Assembly (NCBI GenBank): GCA_964428325.1
Contig: CAYRXU010000001.1
Coordinates: 42,842-106,841, forward strand
Source of the DNA: Candidatus Woesearchaeota archaeon
GTDB lineage: Archaea; Nanobdellota; Nanobdellia; Pacearchaeales; GW2011-AR1
Length of the DNA stretch: 64,000 nt
Reading direction: 5' to 3'
The notes under the pieces are model-generated. The model worked only from the letters and a program-made list of their open reading frames with translations. It ran no database searches and was not told the DNA's origin. Within the stretch, counting starts at the first letter, position 1; each line of letters opens with the position of its first letter. Position numbers and translations under genes: made by a program. Shown in pieces: positions 31,516 to 40,334 of the stretch.

Positions 31516-32133
31516 ATGGCTATGAAAAGAGCGAAGAGGGGTAGTGTGAATACTATGCACTATATGGTGCTACTTCTTGCGGTTGTGATTGTTGCTCTTG
31601 CAGTGACCTTTCTCGTATCGCATGATAGCCCTCCTGTCATTACAGGTTATGCTACTTCGCAAGTAGGTAACTTGAGCGCCAGTATTGCGACTTATCTCTC
31701 GTGTACTTGGAGTAATGATGCCCTTTCTATTAGTTTTGGAAGTAACCTTAATCCTGGAAGTTATGACATTAACGCTACTCAAAACTTTAATCTTACTACA
31801 TTTAATAACACATTCTACAACGTTACCGTTGACACATTCAGTAATGTTGCTGCGAATATTACCGTAAAGGGAGAAAATCTGGTATCTGGCAGTAATATCA
31901 TCGGGGTTACTAACATTACCTGGGCAAGTAACGGTACACATGCAAATGGAACAAATATGATTAGCGGTAATGGAATTGTGTTAAATACTACGTTCAACAT
32001 TGGCAATGCTGTTGGAGTAGCACGCAGCGTTGGGAGTACTACTCACTTCAGATTCTGGGTAGACATTCCAAACGGAACGGTAGCAGGAAGCTACACAGGT
32101 AACTACACTATGCAGTGTGCAGGAGCGACATAA
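31516..32133 (+). CDS. Secreted protein, paralog of the 30556 gene
   Basis: Signal peptide. Shared motifs FGSNLNPGSYD and FRFWVDIPNGTVAGSYTGNYTMQ. Confidence 0.45.
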   Translation: MAMKRAKRGSVNTMHYMVLLLAVVIVALAVTFLVSHDSPPVITGYATSQVGNLSASIATYLSCTWSNDALSISFGSNLNPGSYDINATQNFNLTTFNNTFYNVTVDTFSNVAANITVKGENLVSGSNIIGVTNITWASNGTHANGTNMISGNGIVLNTTFNIGNAVGVARSVGSTTHFRFWVDIPNGTVAGSYTGNYTMQCAGAT

Positions 32134-32723
32134 TGAAATATATTGTACAAATGAGCATGATCAGCATCTTATGTCTAGTTTTTGTTATGCATGGAGTCAT
32201 GGCAGATGTTGGCGTCGGCATTTCGCCTACGAAGGTGGTGCTCCAATTTGAAAGTGGAAGAGAAAGCCAGTTTTCGCTTCTTGTTTTCAATTCAGGAGAT
32301 AGTGACCTTAAGATATCGCTTTCTGCCGAAGGAGACATAGCCGAGTTTGTGAAGATTTCGCCTACAGAAGAAAACATTGAACCAGAACCTCGTCCGCATG
32401 CATTACCTATCAGAAATGGAGAGAATTTCGTAGTGACATTTGATGCCCCTCGCGTCTCACGACCTACTAAATATACTGGCACAATAGCTGCTGTTGGAAC
32501 ACCTGGGGAAGGATCTCAGTTCGGCGGAAGTGTTGGTGTGGCTACACAAGTTGAGATTACAGTTGTCCCTTCTGAATCATTGTTCCAGCGCATACCTCCA
32601 GTTTATCTTTATGTTGCAGCAGGCATTGTTGCCCTCGTAGTTATTGTATTTGCCCTGCGCAGAATGCACATGCATATTAGCTTTGGGTCTGAAACAAAAG
32701 TGCCTTCTGAAGAGAGGCCATAA
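32115..32723 (+). CDS. Hypothetical protein with signal peptide and C-terminal TM anchor
   Basis: N-terminal hydrophobic segment and a C-terminal TM (VYLYVAAGIVALVVIVFAL) followed by a basic tail. Confidence 0.4.
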   Translation: MCRSDIMKYIVQMSMISILCLVFVMHGVMADVGVGISPTKVVLQFESGRESQFSLLVFNSGDSDLKISLSAEGDIAEFVKISPTEENIEPEPRPHALPIRNGENFVVTFDAPRVSRPTKYTGTIAAVGTPGEGSQFGGSVGVATQVEITVVPSESLFQRIPPVYLYVAAGIVALVVIVFALRRMHMHISFGSETKVPSEERP

Positions 32724-32744
32724 AATCAAGCGGTGTGATGTGAC

Positions 32745-34628
32745 ATGGTGAATACGTCACGCGCTATTGGGGTTGTTCTTGTCCTTACGGTTATGGTAGT
32801 GCTTACTCTTCTGCCTAGTATGCCAACGGGTTTCTTTGTTGGCGATTTTAGGGTCCTTGTTGGAGTGAATGAAAGCGATATAACTAATAACACTGAGCCT
32901 CCTTCACCGAGTGGAGGCCCTAGTGGGGGAGGTGGAGGCGGCGGTGGAGGTGGAGGAACTATGGCGACGCCTTCCTTTGAAGTCACTCCAGGAATTATTG
33001 TTGAAAATCTTCGCCAAGGTATGGGGAGAACCATCCCGATTACGGTAAAGAACCTTTATAGCGATCAGCTTATTGTGCGTACTTCCTTGAACAACTTGAG
33101 TGACGTTGCTGTCCTGCATCAGGATGAGATAGAAATTGCTCCAAATGCTTCTTATGTATTCTTTATGGATATATTCGCTACACTTGACACTAAAGCTGGA
33201 ACTTATATTGGCAAGTTGGTTATTGACGATTTGTCAGGGGTAGATAAAGTGATAGGTGTTGTAATTGGTGTTCGTGAGCGTAGTTCGCTCTTTGATATTG
33301 TTGTGTCAGTGCCCCCAGCTTATGAGAGCGTTACGCCAGGTGCTACGTTGCTTGTTCAGGTCGATCTTGAAAATATAGGTTTGCGTGGCGATCCTGTTGA
33401 TGTTCCACTTACGGTAACTGTTATAGATCCTGATGGAAATGAGATAATTGAATCTATTAAGAAAACGGTTGCAGTGAGTACTTCGTATAGTACAGTCCAA
33501 GAATTGTCTATTCCAAGCTATGCGCCTGAAGGATTGTACATTGTAAAGGCCTCTATTGTGTATGGAAATAATGTTACTGTTGAAGCATATGACATCTTTG
33601 AGGTAGATGGTAGCTTCCTTCTCCATAACCAGTCCATGATAGTGGCTACAGTTATCCTTGGAGTTGTTCTTGTTAGCATTATTGGTGCAGGCGCTTGGTT
33701 CTTCAGATTGCAAAATATGCAGATAGCTCGTATTGAGAAGATTGAGCGTAAAAACTCTGTAAGTGATAGGGTCTTGGCAAGAGAGTTACGTCATTATCCC
33801 GAAATAATGCGACACAGTAAGGCTGTTGCTCGAGGTGTGCACCCGACAAGAGCATTTGTGTTAGTGATGTTTGCGGCCTTAGCTATTCTTGTTGCTGCGC
33901 GATTGAATGACACTCCCCTCACAGGAAATGTCATTGCCCTCCTTTCTCCTGACGTTACTCTAGACTTGCCTTGGAATCTCATCATATTGTCTATTGTAGC
34001 ATTTGCACCAGGACTCCTGATCTTCATTTATGCATTACGTAACCGAAGCATATTCTCCACTCATCTTGCTATATTTTTCTTCTTTATGTCTGCTCAGAGC
34101 ATAGCTAGATTCTTTGCACTAGCATACCCTGACCCTTCACTCTTCTTCGTGCACAGAATATTCCTGGCAGGATCTTCAGTTTTTGTACTCTTGGCGCTTG
34201 CCTCAATTGGTGTGCGCACTATAACCAGATTGAAGATACCGATTGTCTTTGCAGTTGCAACGGTCATCTTTGCGTTTATCGACGCTTATTTGCTTGGAGG
34301 TCTCCTTGGAGATTACGATCATCCTTTCCTTATGATGCTCACGAGTCAGCTTGTTGCGGCACTAGGTTTGGCATTTGCAGCTTACGGATTTGCACGATAT
34401 GGTGGGCGTCTATCGTCATTGGGAAGATGGATTCTCGTTGTAGCGTTTGCGATCGGAGCTATCCTTACTGAAACTCGGAGTCTTCTCGCCTACTTCGGAT
34501 TTGCTTCTAAAGTTCCTCTAATTGTAGCAGCCATTGCAATAGCAATTGCAGTAGGATGGATTGCTTGCGCTTTGGCAAGTAAAAAAGATGATACATCGTC
34601 CGAATCTTTAAAAACTTCGGCAAAGTAG
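32745..34628 (+). CDS. Membrane protein: N-terminal TM, poly-Gly linker, extracellular beta-rich domain, C-terminal polytopic (~8 TM) domain
   Basis: A G11 run at the linker, then LYIVKASIVYGNNVTVEAYDIFEV-type beta segments. The C-terminal 300 aa are highly hydrophobic. Confidence 0.5.
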   Translation: MVNTSRAIGVVLVLTVMVVLTLLPSMPTGFFVGDFRVLVGVNESDITNNTEPPSPSGGPSGGGGGGGGGGGTMATPSFEVTPGIIVENLRQGMGRTIPITVKNLYSDQLIVRTSLNNLSDVAVLHQDEIEIAPNASYVFFMDIFATLDTKAGTYIGKLVIDDLSGVDKVIGVVIGVRERSSLFDIVVSVPPAYESVTPGATLLVQVDLENIGLRGDPVDVPLTVTVIDPDGNEIIESIKKTVAVSTSYSTVQELSIPSYAPEGLYIVKASIVYGNNVTVEAYDIFEVDGSFLLHNQSMIVATVILGVVLVSIIGAGAWFFRLQNMQIARIEKIERKNSVSDRVLARELRHYPEIMRHSKAVARGVHPTRAFVLVMFAALAILVAARLNDTPLTGNVIALLSPDVTLDLPWNLIILSIVAFAPGLLIFIYALRNRSIFSTHLAIFFFFMSAQSIARFFALAYPDPSLFFVHRIFLAGSSVFVLLALASIGVRTITRLKIPIVFAVATVIFAFIDAYLLGGLLGDYDHPFLMMLTSQLVAALGLAFAAYGFARYGGRLSSLGRWILVVAFAIGAILTETRSLLAYFGFASKVPLIVAAIAIAIAVGWIACALASKKDDTSSESLKTSAK

Positions 34629-34635
34629 GCAGGTC

Positions 34636-35031
34636 ATGATCAGTTTATTGTTTATTCTCGCGGTAGCAGGAATAGTGTTGTCATTCTATGCACTTCATGT
34701 TGAGCAATATGCCGGCAGAAAGAAAGGATATCAGGCCGTATGCGACATTAATGAAGAACTCTCTTGTACTCGGGCATTCACTAGCGATTATGGCCAGACA
34801 TGGGGTGTATCGAATGCAGTCTATGGGATATTCTTTTATTTGATTGTGCTTATGCTTTCGATTGCAAATGAAAGCGGATACATTCTTGTACTCTCTCTTC
34901 TTGCAGTTGTTGGAAGCATATACCTGGCTTATGTTCAATATGGTAAGTTGAAAACACTTTGCGTTGTGTGTACTGCAATCTATCTTGTGAATATTCTCCT
35001 ACTTATCTTCTCGTTCCGGGTTGCATTCTAA
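34636..35031 (+). CDS. VKOR-like (vitamin K epoxide reductase family) thiol-disulfide oxidoreductase
   Basis: Four TM helices, a loop Cys pair (CDINEELSC) and a CxxC in the last TM helix (LCVVCTAIY). Confidence 0.5.
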   Translation: MISLLFILAVAGIVLSFYALHVEQYAGRKKGYQAVCDINEELSCTRAFTSDYGQTWGVSNAVYGIFFYLIVLMLSIANESGYILVLSLLAVVGSIYLAYVQYGKLKTLCVVCTAIYLVNILLLIFSFRVAF

Positions 35032-35084
35032 CATCATTACATTCTTGACATAAGGTTTATAAAACGGAAAGCGCTCTTAGAGTA

Positions 35085-35387
35085 ATGAAGAAAGAGGGTG
35101 TGACGACGGAAAATAGTCTTGGTCTTGCAAGTGTCGTACTTGGTATTGTGGGAATTGCATTGAGCTTGTTTAGCAGTCCTGTCGCAGGGATTGCCCTGGG
35201 TATTGTGGGGATCGTGTTCTCATATAAGCAGGAAAAATATGCAAAGAATAGCTGGTCTAAATCAGGACGTATTCTTGGAATTGTAAGCATTGCTGTCGCG
35301 ATATTTGTCATAATATTGTTTGTTGCTGTTGGGAGTTATCTTGCGCAAAATCCTCTTGCAATTCCATCATTGGAAGGACTTCAATAA
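35085..35387 (+). CDS. Small DUF4190-like membrane protein
   Basis: Repeated GI(A)LGIVGIV hydrophobic motifs. Confidence 0.4.
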   Translation: MKKEGVTTENSLGLASVVLGIVGIALSLFSSPVAGIALGIVGIVFSYKQEKYAKNSWSKSGRILGIVSIAVAIFVIILFVAVGSYLAQNPLAIPSLEGLQ

Positions 35388-35388
35388 A

Positions 35389-35949
35389 ATGCAATCAAAA
35401 CGTGCAGCCCTCGAGCTTTCTGTCGGAACTATAGTGGTTATTGTTTTGGGAGTTACAATGTTGATCATTGGAATGGTTCTTGTGAGGAATATTATGTGTG
35501 GCGCACTTGGATTGACAAGTGACATCAACGGTAAAGTTCGTGGAGAGATTACGCGATTGTTTGGAAGCTCGCAGGGAGAGATTGAGTGTATTGGTGCCGT
35601 CGGAGATCCTGTTCAGATGGTTCCAGGAGAGTTGAACTCTGCTTATTGTGGCATTAATGCTGAACAAGCAGCTAATTATGAAATTACTATCACTAGTATT
35701 GAACCTCCTCAAGGCGTGACACAGCAGCAAGTTCAGAGCTGGACGCGAGGAACGCTAGGTTGGAAGGGAGCTGTATCCCCTGGAGATACCGAACCCAAGA
35801 GAATTGTACGATTTGATGTGCCGAATAATGCTAATGAGGGTCTTTTGACAATTAATGTTGAAGTCAAGCGTGATGGCTCGCTTATCTCAACAAAGGCCCT
35901 TGATTTTGATGTTAAGCGTGTTGGTCTTGTGAAATCAACTGTTTGCTAG
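35389..35949 (+). CDS. Putative archaeal type IV pilin-like protein (class III signal peptide)
   Basis: MQSKRAALELSVGTIVVIVLGVTMLIIGMVLV has a short basic N-terminus, then KRA, then a hydrophobic stretch with Glu. The start is placed at the internal ATG 35389 rather than the 35320 given by the ORF track, which overlaps the upstream gene. Confidence 0.45.
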   Translation: MQSKRAALELSVGTIVVIVLGVTMLIIGMVLVRNIMCGALGLTSDINGKVRGEITRLFGSSQGEIECIGAVGDPVQMVPGELNSAYCGINAEQAANYEITITSIEPPQGVTQQQVQSWTRGTLGWKGAVSPGDTEPKRIVRFDVPNNANEGLLTINVEVKRDGSLISTKALDFDVKRVGLVKSTVC

Positions 35950-35984
35950 ACATATCTTTATTAATAAATTAAAGATAGAATATT

Positions 35985-36386
35985 ATGGGGACACTTATTG
36001 AGATTAATGATACACTGAAAATTTCAGTAGAAAGAGGATTTCCAGATGAACTAAAACTCGCGGAATATCTTAAAGACCCTGTAAAAACAGCTGAGAAATT
36101 TATAGGAAAAGAGTTTTCTTTTTGGAATAAAGATGAACGTCTATATCATAGGGCGCCAACTAGAGTTTTTCTTGTACAAGAAATTGATGGAAAGTGGCTG
36201 TATTGGGGAAATGCGTGGGTGATTGAACAAACAGTCTCTCAGGGAAAGACTGCAGGCAAGTATAGGATAACTAAGATATATACAAATCCAGAGTTTCAGA
36301 AGAACATGACTAACACGGAATCTCCTCCTAATAAGAGCTTTTTCGCGGGGTATCCTGTAGCAACAGTAGATCCTCAAGGATATTAG
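35985..36386 (+). CDS. Hypothetical protein
   Basis: 133 aa with no recognisable motif. Confidence 0.35.
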   Translation: MGTLIEINDTLKISVERGFPDELKLAEYLKDPVKTAEKFIGKEFSFWNKDERLYHRAPTRVFLVQEIDGKWLYWGNAWVIEQTVSQGKTAGKYRITKIYTNPEFQKNMTNTESPPNKSFFAGYPVATVDPQGY

Positions 36387-36426
36387 CGTTCCAAACGCTT
36401 AAAAACGCCTTTTCTTTGTTTTATAG

Positions 36427-36996
36427 ATGAATAACTATACTAAATATCGTTGGTTTTATACGTCGAATAATACGCTTGTTGTAGGTGGCAAAAGCGCGAC
36501 GCAGAATGATGAGTTATTGTCTTCTGTGGTAAATAACAAGAAAAAATACTACGTTCTTCATACTAGTGCGCCAGGAAGTCCATTTAGCATCGTCATGAAG
36601 GAAAGAGGCAAAGTCGCGAATGGAGAATTGAGGGAAGTTGCAGTATTTACAGCATGCTTCAGTCAAGCATGGAAGAAAGGTGTGAAGAAAGCACAAGTGC
36701 ATATTTTTACTACAGACCAACTAAGCAAACCGAAGGGCGCTAAAGTTGGTACGTGGCATGTTAAGGGCAGCGTCAGGAAAGTTGATGCCGAACTTGCTTT
36801 AGTATTGACACGTCAGAAAGATGTGCTGCGAGCAGTTCCTGCCGCAAGTGCGAAGAAAGTGCTTGCCCAAGTAGTGCCTGGCAAGCTTGACAAGCAAGCA
36901 GCTGTCGCTCAGTGCGAAGTTATCCTCGATAATAATGTAAGCCACGAAGAGCTCATGGGGGCCTTGCCTGCCGGAAACATGGCGGTGAGAGCATGA
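36427..36996 (+). CDS. NFACT-R_1 (DUF814) domain protein
   Basis: Matches DUF814 and NFACT-R_1: YRWFYTSNNTLVVGGKSATQNDEL...YYVLHTSAPGSPFSIV...AAVFTACFSQAWKKG. Confidence 0.5.
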   Translation: MNNYTKYRWFYTSNNTLVVGGKSATQNDELLSSVVNNKKKYYVLHTSAPGSPFSIVMKERGKVANGELREVAVFTACFSQAWKKGVKKAQVHIFTTDQLSKPKGAKVGTWHVKGSVRKVDAELALVLTRQKDVLRAVPAASAKKVLAQVVPGKLDKQAAVAQCEVILDNNVSHEELMGALPAGNMAVRA

Positions 36997-37247
36997 TACA
37001 GTTCATGAAATTCCAGATTGGAAAGTCTGGTGTAAATGAAGGCGTCCTTGAGAGTTTGCGACTTGGTTTTAAGACACATAAAGTGATACGCATTTCTGTG
37101 CTCAAGAACTTTGCACCAACAAAGGAAAAAGTGAAAGAAGTTGCAGATATGCTTGTGCGCGACCTTGGAGGACATTATACTTATGCCCTTATTGGCTTTA
37201 CTATCGTCATGAGGAGACTTTCTGCGCCCAAGAGAAAGGTTGGGTAA
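36993..37247 (+). CDS. YhbY/CRM-domain RNA-binding protein
   Basis: FQIGKSGVNEGVLESLRLGFKTHKVIRISVL...ALIGFTIVMRR matches the YhbY/CRS1 (CRM) fold consensus. Confidence 0.55.
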   Translation: MIQFMKFQIGKSGVNEGVLESLRLGFKTHKVIRISVLKNFAPTKEKVKEVADMLVRDLGGHYTYALIGFTIVMRRLSAPKRKVG

Positions 37248-37280
37248 GATTTATAAGGGGTCCTTTTTACTTCTTAGAAC

Positions 37281-37691
37281 ATGGCACATACACATACTGT
37301 TGATCCTCAAGAGCATAATAAGCAGCTAGCGCTCGAGTTGAAGAAGTCTGGAGACTTCACCCCTCCTGAGTGGGTTTCTCTCGTTAAGAGCGGTGCAGGA
37401 AGAATGAGACCTATCGATGATCCTGATTTCTGGTACAAGAGAGCGGCAAGTATTCTAAGGCAAATGCATATGCGCGGTATTGTTGGTGTTGAACGTTTGA
37501 GAACGCGATACGGAAACAGAAAGAATAGAGGCATGAGACCTGCTGAATTCAGAAAGAGCGCAGGTAAACTTATTCGAGTGATCTTACAGCAAGCTGAAAC
37601 TGCAGGCCTTGTTGAAAAAGCTAAGGGAAAGAAAGCTGGGAGACAGTTGACTGCTCAAGGTAAGAAATTAATTGAAGAGGTAAAGGCATGA
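37281..37691 (+). CDS. rps19e: Ribosomal protein eS19
   Basis: PEWVSLVKSGAGRMRPIDDPDFWYKRAASILRQMHMRGIVGVERLRTRYGNRKNRGMRP is a strong S19e match. Confidence 0.85.
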   Translation: MAHTHTVDPQEHNKQLALELKKSGDFTPPEWVSLVKSGAGRMRPIDDPDFWYKRAASILRQMHMRGIVGVERLRTRYGNRKNRGMRPAEFRKSAGKLIRVILQQAETAGLVEKAKGKKAGRQLTAQGKKLIEEVKA

Positions 37692-37999
37692 TAGCAATTT
37701 CGTCTTCTCAGGAAGATAAAAGGAATTTTGATATTCCTCTTGGATTAGTTATTACGAGATCGAGAGGTGAATCTCTTGCCGTTGTGAATAGAGATAGTGG
37801 AGATTCTATTGTTCTTACCCTAGGGGATAGAAAGGGCAACAAAGCACGGATCGGGATAAATGCAGGAGATAACTATGAAATTGTACGTGCTGAATTGACT
37901 CACGGAGTACCAGGTTTATATGAGGCTATTCGTGAAGGCAAACCAATAACTAAAGAGATGTTAAAAGGTTATGATGTTATGAGGGAAATGGGAAGATGA
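37688..37999 (+). CDS. CsrA/RsmA-like RNA-binding protein (bacterial-type fold) with N- and C-terminal extensions
   Basis: LVITRSRGESLAVVNRDSGDSIVLTLGDRKGNKARIGINAGDNYEIVRAEL aligns to the CsrA consensus MLILTRrvGEtlmIGDdv.vtVLgvkGNqVRiGInAPkevsvhReEi. Start and stop overlap the neighbouring genes (ATGA). Confidence 0.5.
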   Translation: MIAISSSQEDKRNFDIPLGLVITRSRGESLAVVNRDSGDSIVLTLGDRKGNKARIGINAGDNYEIVRAELTHGVPGLYEAIREGKPITKEMLKGYDVMREMGR

Positions 38000-38196
38000 C
38001 GCAGCATTATCACAAAAAAGTTGTTCTTGGAGTACATGGTCGAAGAACAAAGTGGGCACCATTTTGGGCAGTTATCCGTGCATTTGGTAAGGGTAAGAGG
38101 GCGCATCCTTCACAATTGACTCACGTTAGAAGATCATGGAGACGCTCAAAGCTGAAGATCAAGCCGCGTAGAGCTCACAAGACGCATCTAGGATAA
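37996..38196 (+). CDS. rpl39e: Ribosomal protein eL39
   Basis: KWAPFWAVIRAFGKGKRAHP...RRSWRRSKLKI matches L39e. It is extended by about 15 aa at the N-terminus. Confidence 0.75.
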   Translation: MTQHYHKKVVLGVHGRRTKWAPFWAVIRAFGKGKRAHPSQLTHVRRSWRRSKLKIKPRRAHKTHLG

Positions 38197-38200
38197 TAAC

Positions 38201-38722
38201 ATGGCCGAAACAAAACAACACACTGAAAGAACATACGTCATTCCTCTGAAGAAGGAATGGTCAAAGGTACCTAGCTATAAGCGAACGCGCAAGGCCATTG
38301 TGGCGATTAAGCAGTTCGTTGCACGGCACATGAAAGTTTACGATAGAGACTTGGACAAGATCAAAGTTGACAAGTACTTGAACAATGAAATCTGGTCGAG
38401 AGGATCAACTAATGCACCTACTCGTGTGAAGGTGAAGGCTATCCAAGAGAAAGACCATGTTAGAGTAACTTTTGCTGAAACTCCAAAGCACATTACTTTC
38501 ACTCACGAGAAGCATTCACGCCATCACAAGAAAGCTGAGAAGAAAGCTCCTGCCGTTGAAGAGAAAAAAGAGAAGACTGCTGAAGAAGCTAAGGCAGAGC
38601 AAGAGAAAGAACAGTCAGCCGCTATTGTTAAGGAACAGATTGCAGAACAGCAGACAAAGGCCGCTAAGCACACCACCAAGGTGAAGACTCCTGAAATCCA
38701 GAGAATGGCTTTGAAGAAGTAA
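38201..38722 (+). CDS. rpl31e: Ribosomal protein eL31 with Lys-rich C-terminal extension
   Basis: ERTYVIPLKKEWSKVPSYKRTRKAIVAIKQFVARHMKV...LNNEIWSRGSTNAPTRVKVK matches the L31e core. The C-terminal ~70 aa are K/E/A-rich. Confidence 0.8.
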   Translation: MAETKQHTERTYVIPLKKEWSKVPSYKRTRKAIVAIKQFVARHMKVYDRDLDKIKVDKYLNNEIWSRGSTNAPTRVKVKAIQEKDHVRVTFAETPKHITFTHEKHSRHHKKAEKKAPAVEEKKEKTAEEAKAEQEKEQSAAIVKEQIAEQQTKAAKHTTKVKTPEIQRMALKK

Positions 38723-38751
38723 GTTTAAATTTTACTTTTCTAACTAGATTT

Positions 38752-39450
38752 ATGCATCTTAAAGAACACATTAAAAATAGTGCTTCTGCTGAGCGTGCTC
38801 GTGTATCTCAACGATTTTTCAAAACAGGTAAAGGAGAATATGGTGAAGGAGATGTTTTCGTTGGATTAACTGTGCCGCAATGCCGGGAGATTGCGAAGAA
38901 GTTTGCGCACCTATCCCTAGAAGAGATTAGGGGACATTTAGCCTCAGAATTGCATGAAGAAAGAATGATCGCCTTATTGATTTTAGTTGAGAAATACAAT
39001 AATGAAAAAGATAGCAGAAATATTATATTTAATTTCTATTTAGATAACATGAGTCGAATTAATAATTGGGACCTAGTAGATTTAAGTGCGGATAAGATTG
39101 TAGGTAAATTTTTATTTGAGCAAAATAAAGATGGAAAGATTCTAACTTCTCTTACAAAGTCAAATGTTCTCTGGGAGCGCCGTATAGCCATAGTTTCTAC
39201 ACTCTACTTTATCAGAAAAAATAAATTTGATTTGACTTTTGAAATGTGTGAGTTGCTTATGAAAGACAAGCAGGATCTTATTCACAAGGCTTGTGGATGG
39301 ATGTTACGCGAAGTTGGCAAGAAAGATGAAAAGGTTCTTAAGGTGTTTTTGAAGAAGCATTATATGAACATGCCTCGAACGATGTTACGTTATGCTATTG
39401 AAAGATTTTCCCAAGACGAGAGGAAGAGATATTTGGAGGGAACAATATGA
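38752..39450 (+). CDS. DNA alkylation repair protein (AlkD/AlkC HEAT-like repeat family)
   Basis: The N-terminal RFFKTGKGEYGEGDVFVGLTVPQCREIAKKF pattern is characteristic of the DNA_alkylation (PF08713) family. 232 aa. Confidence 0.6.
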   Translation: MHLKEHIKNSASAERARVSQRFFKTGKGEYGEGDVFVGLTVPQCREIAKKFAHLSLEEIRGHLASELHEERMIALLILVEKYNNEKDSRNIIFNFYLDNMSRINNWDLVDLSADKIVGKFLFEQNKDGKILTSLTKSNVLWERRIAIVSTLYFIRKNKFDLTFEMCELLMKDKQDLIHKACGWMLREVGKKDEKVLKVFLKKHYMNMPRTMLRYAIERFSQDERKRYLEGTI

Positions 39451-40334
39451 GGGGAGACGAAAGTATGGAAGAGCTGCTTGAGTTTGCCTTTTTTAATATC
39501 GATAAGCCATCTGGACCTACGAGTTTCCAGGTTTCTGAACATGTGATGGAAATACTTGGTGTGCGTAAGACATCACACCTTGGTACGCTTGATCCGCAGG
39601 TTAGCGGAGTGTTGCCTATAGCCACAAACAGAGCTTGCAGACTGGCCAAGTATCTTATGCGCAAGGAGAAAAGTTATGTTGGAATTATGAGGTTGCACGA
39701 AGATATAGGCGAGAAAGATTTGAAAGAAGCTATGGCGAGCTTTGTTGGACTTATCAAACAAATGCCTCCGGTGCGTTCGAGTGTCAAGCGTGCTGAACGC
39801 GAACGTAGCGTGTATGGTTTTAAGATAATTGAAAAGAAAGGCAAAGATGTTGTGTTTGAGTGTGACGTTGAAGCAGGTACTTATGTGAGAACACTTATCC
39901 ACGATCTAGGCAAGAAAATTGGAGGCGCGCATATGCTCGAGTTAAGGAGGACACATGCAGGAGTGTTTGATGAGAAGGATTCTATTAAACTTGGAGATTT
40001 GCAACATGCTGTTGATATTGCCACTCAAGAAAGAGATCAGACTTTGTTGCGCGGTGCGCTTATACCTGGCGAGCAACTCGTGCGACAAGCGTTTCCTCGG
40101 ATATATGTAAAGGAGGGTTCTCTACCCCAATTGTTGCGAGGCAAGCCGATTCACAAGAGAGATGTTATAGGTAAGCCCGAGCCGCCAATGAGACAGTCGC
40201 GTACTTTGGCACCATTTGAAGGCTTGGAGAAAGGCACGTATATTGGCGTATGGTGCAAAGATAGATTCGTAGAGATTGCTCGCGTCATCAACTCTGGTGA
40301 TCTCGTTGCCGTGCCTGATTTTGTTTTCAACTAG
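39447..40334 (+). CDS. cbf5: H/ACA RNP pseudouridine synthase Cbf5 (TruB family with PUA domain)
   Basis: Motif I IDKPSGPTSFQV, catalytic GTLDP, and a C-terminal PUA-like region. 295 aa. Confidence 0.85.
   Translation: MRGDESMEELLEFAFFNIDKPSGPTSFQVSEHVMEILGVRKTSHLGTLDPQVSGVLPIATNRACRLAKYLMRKEKSYVGIMRLHEDIGEKDLKEAMASFVGLIKQMPPVRSSVKRAERERSVYGFKIIEKKGKDVVFECDVEAGTYVRTLIHDLGKKIGGAHMLELRRTHAGVFDEKDSIKLGDLQHAVDIATQERDQTLLRGALIPGEQLVRQAFPRIYVKEGSLPQLLRGKPIHKRDVIGKPEPPMRQSRTLAPFEGLEKGTYIGVWCKDRFVEIARVINSGDLVAVPDFVFN

Noticed and set aside
32726-33034. Minus-strand ORF encoding a poly-Pro run.
   Set aside because: It is the mirror image of the poly-Gly (GGN) linker of the plus-strand membrane protein.
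35320-35388. Track start 35320 for the pilin-like gene (MLLLGVILRKILLQFHHWKDFNK...).
   Set aside because: It overlaps the preceding gene by 68 nt. The internal ATG at 35389 gives a canonical short-basic-then-hydrophobic class III-like signal peptide, so it is preferred.
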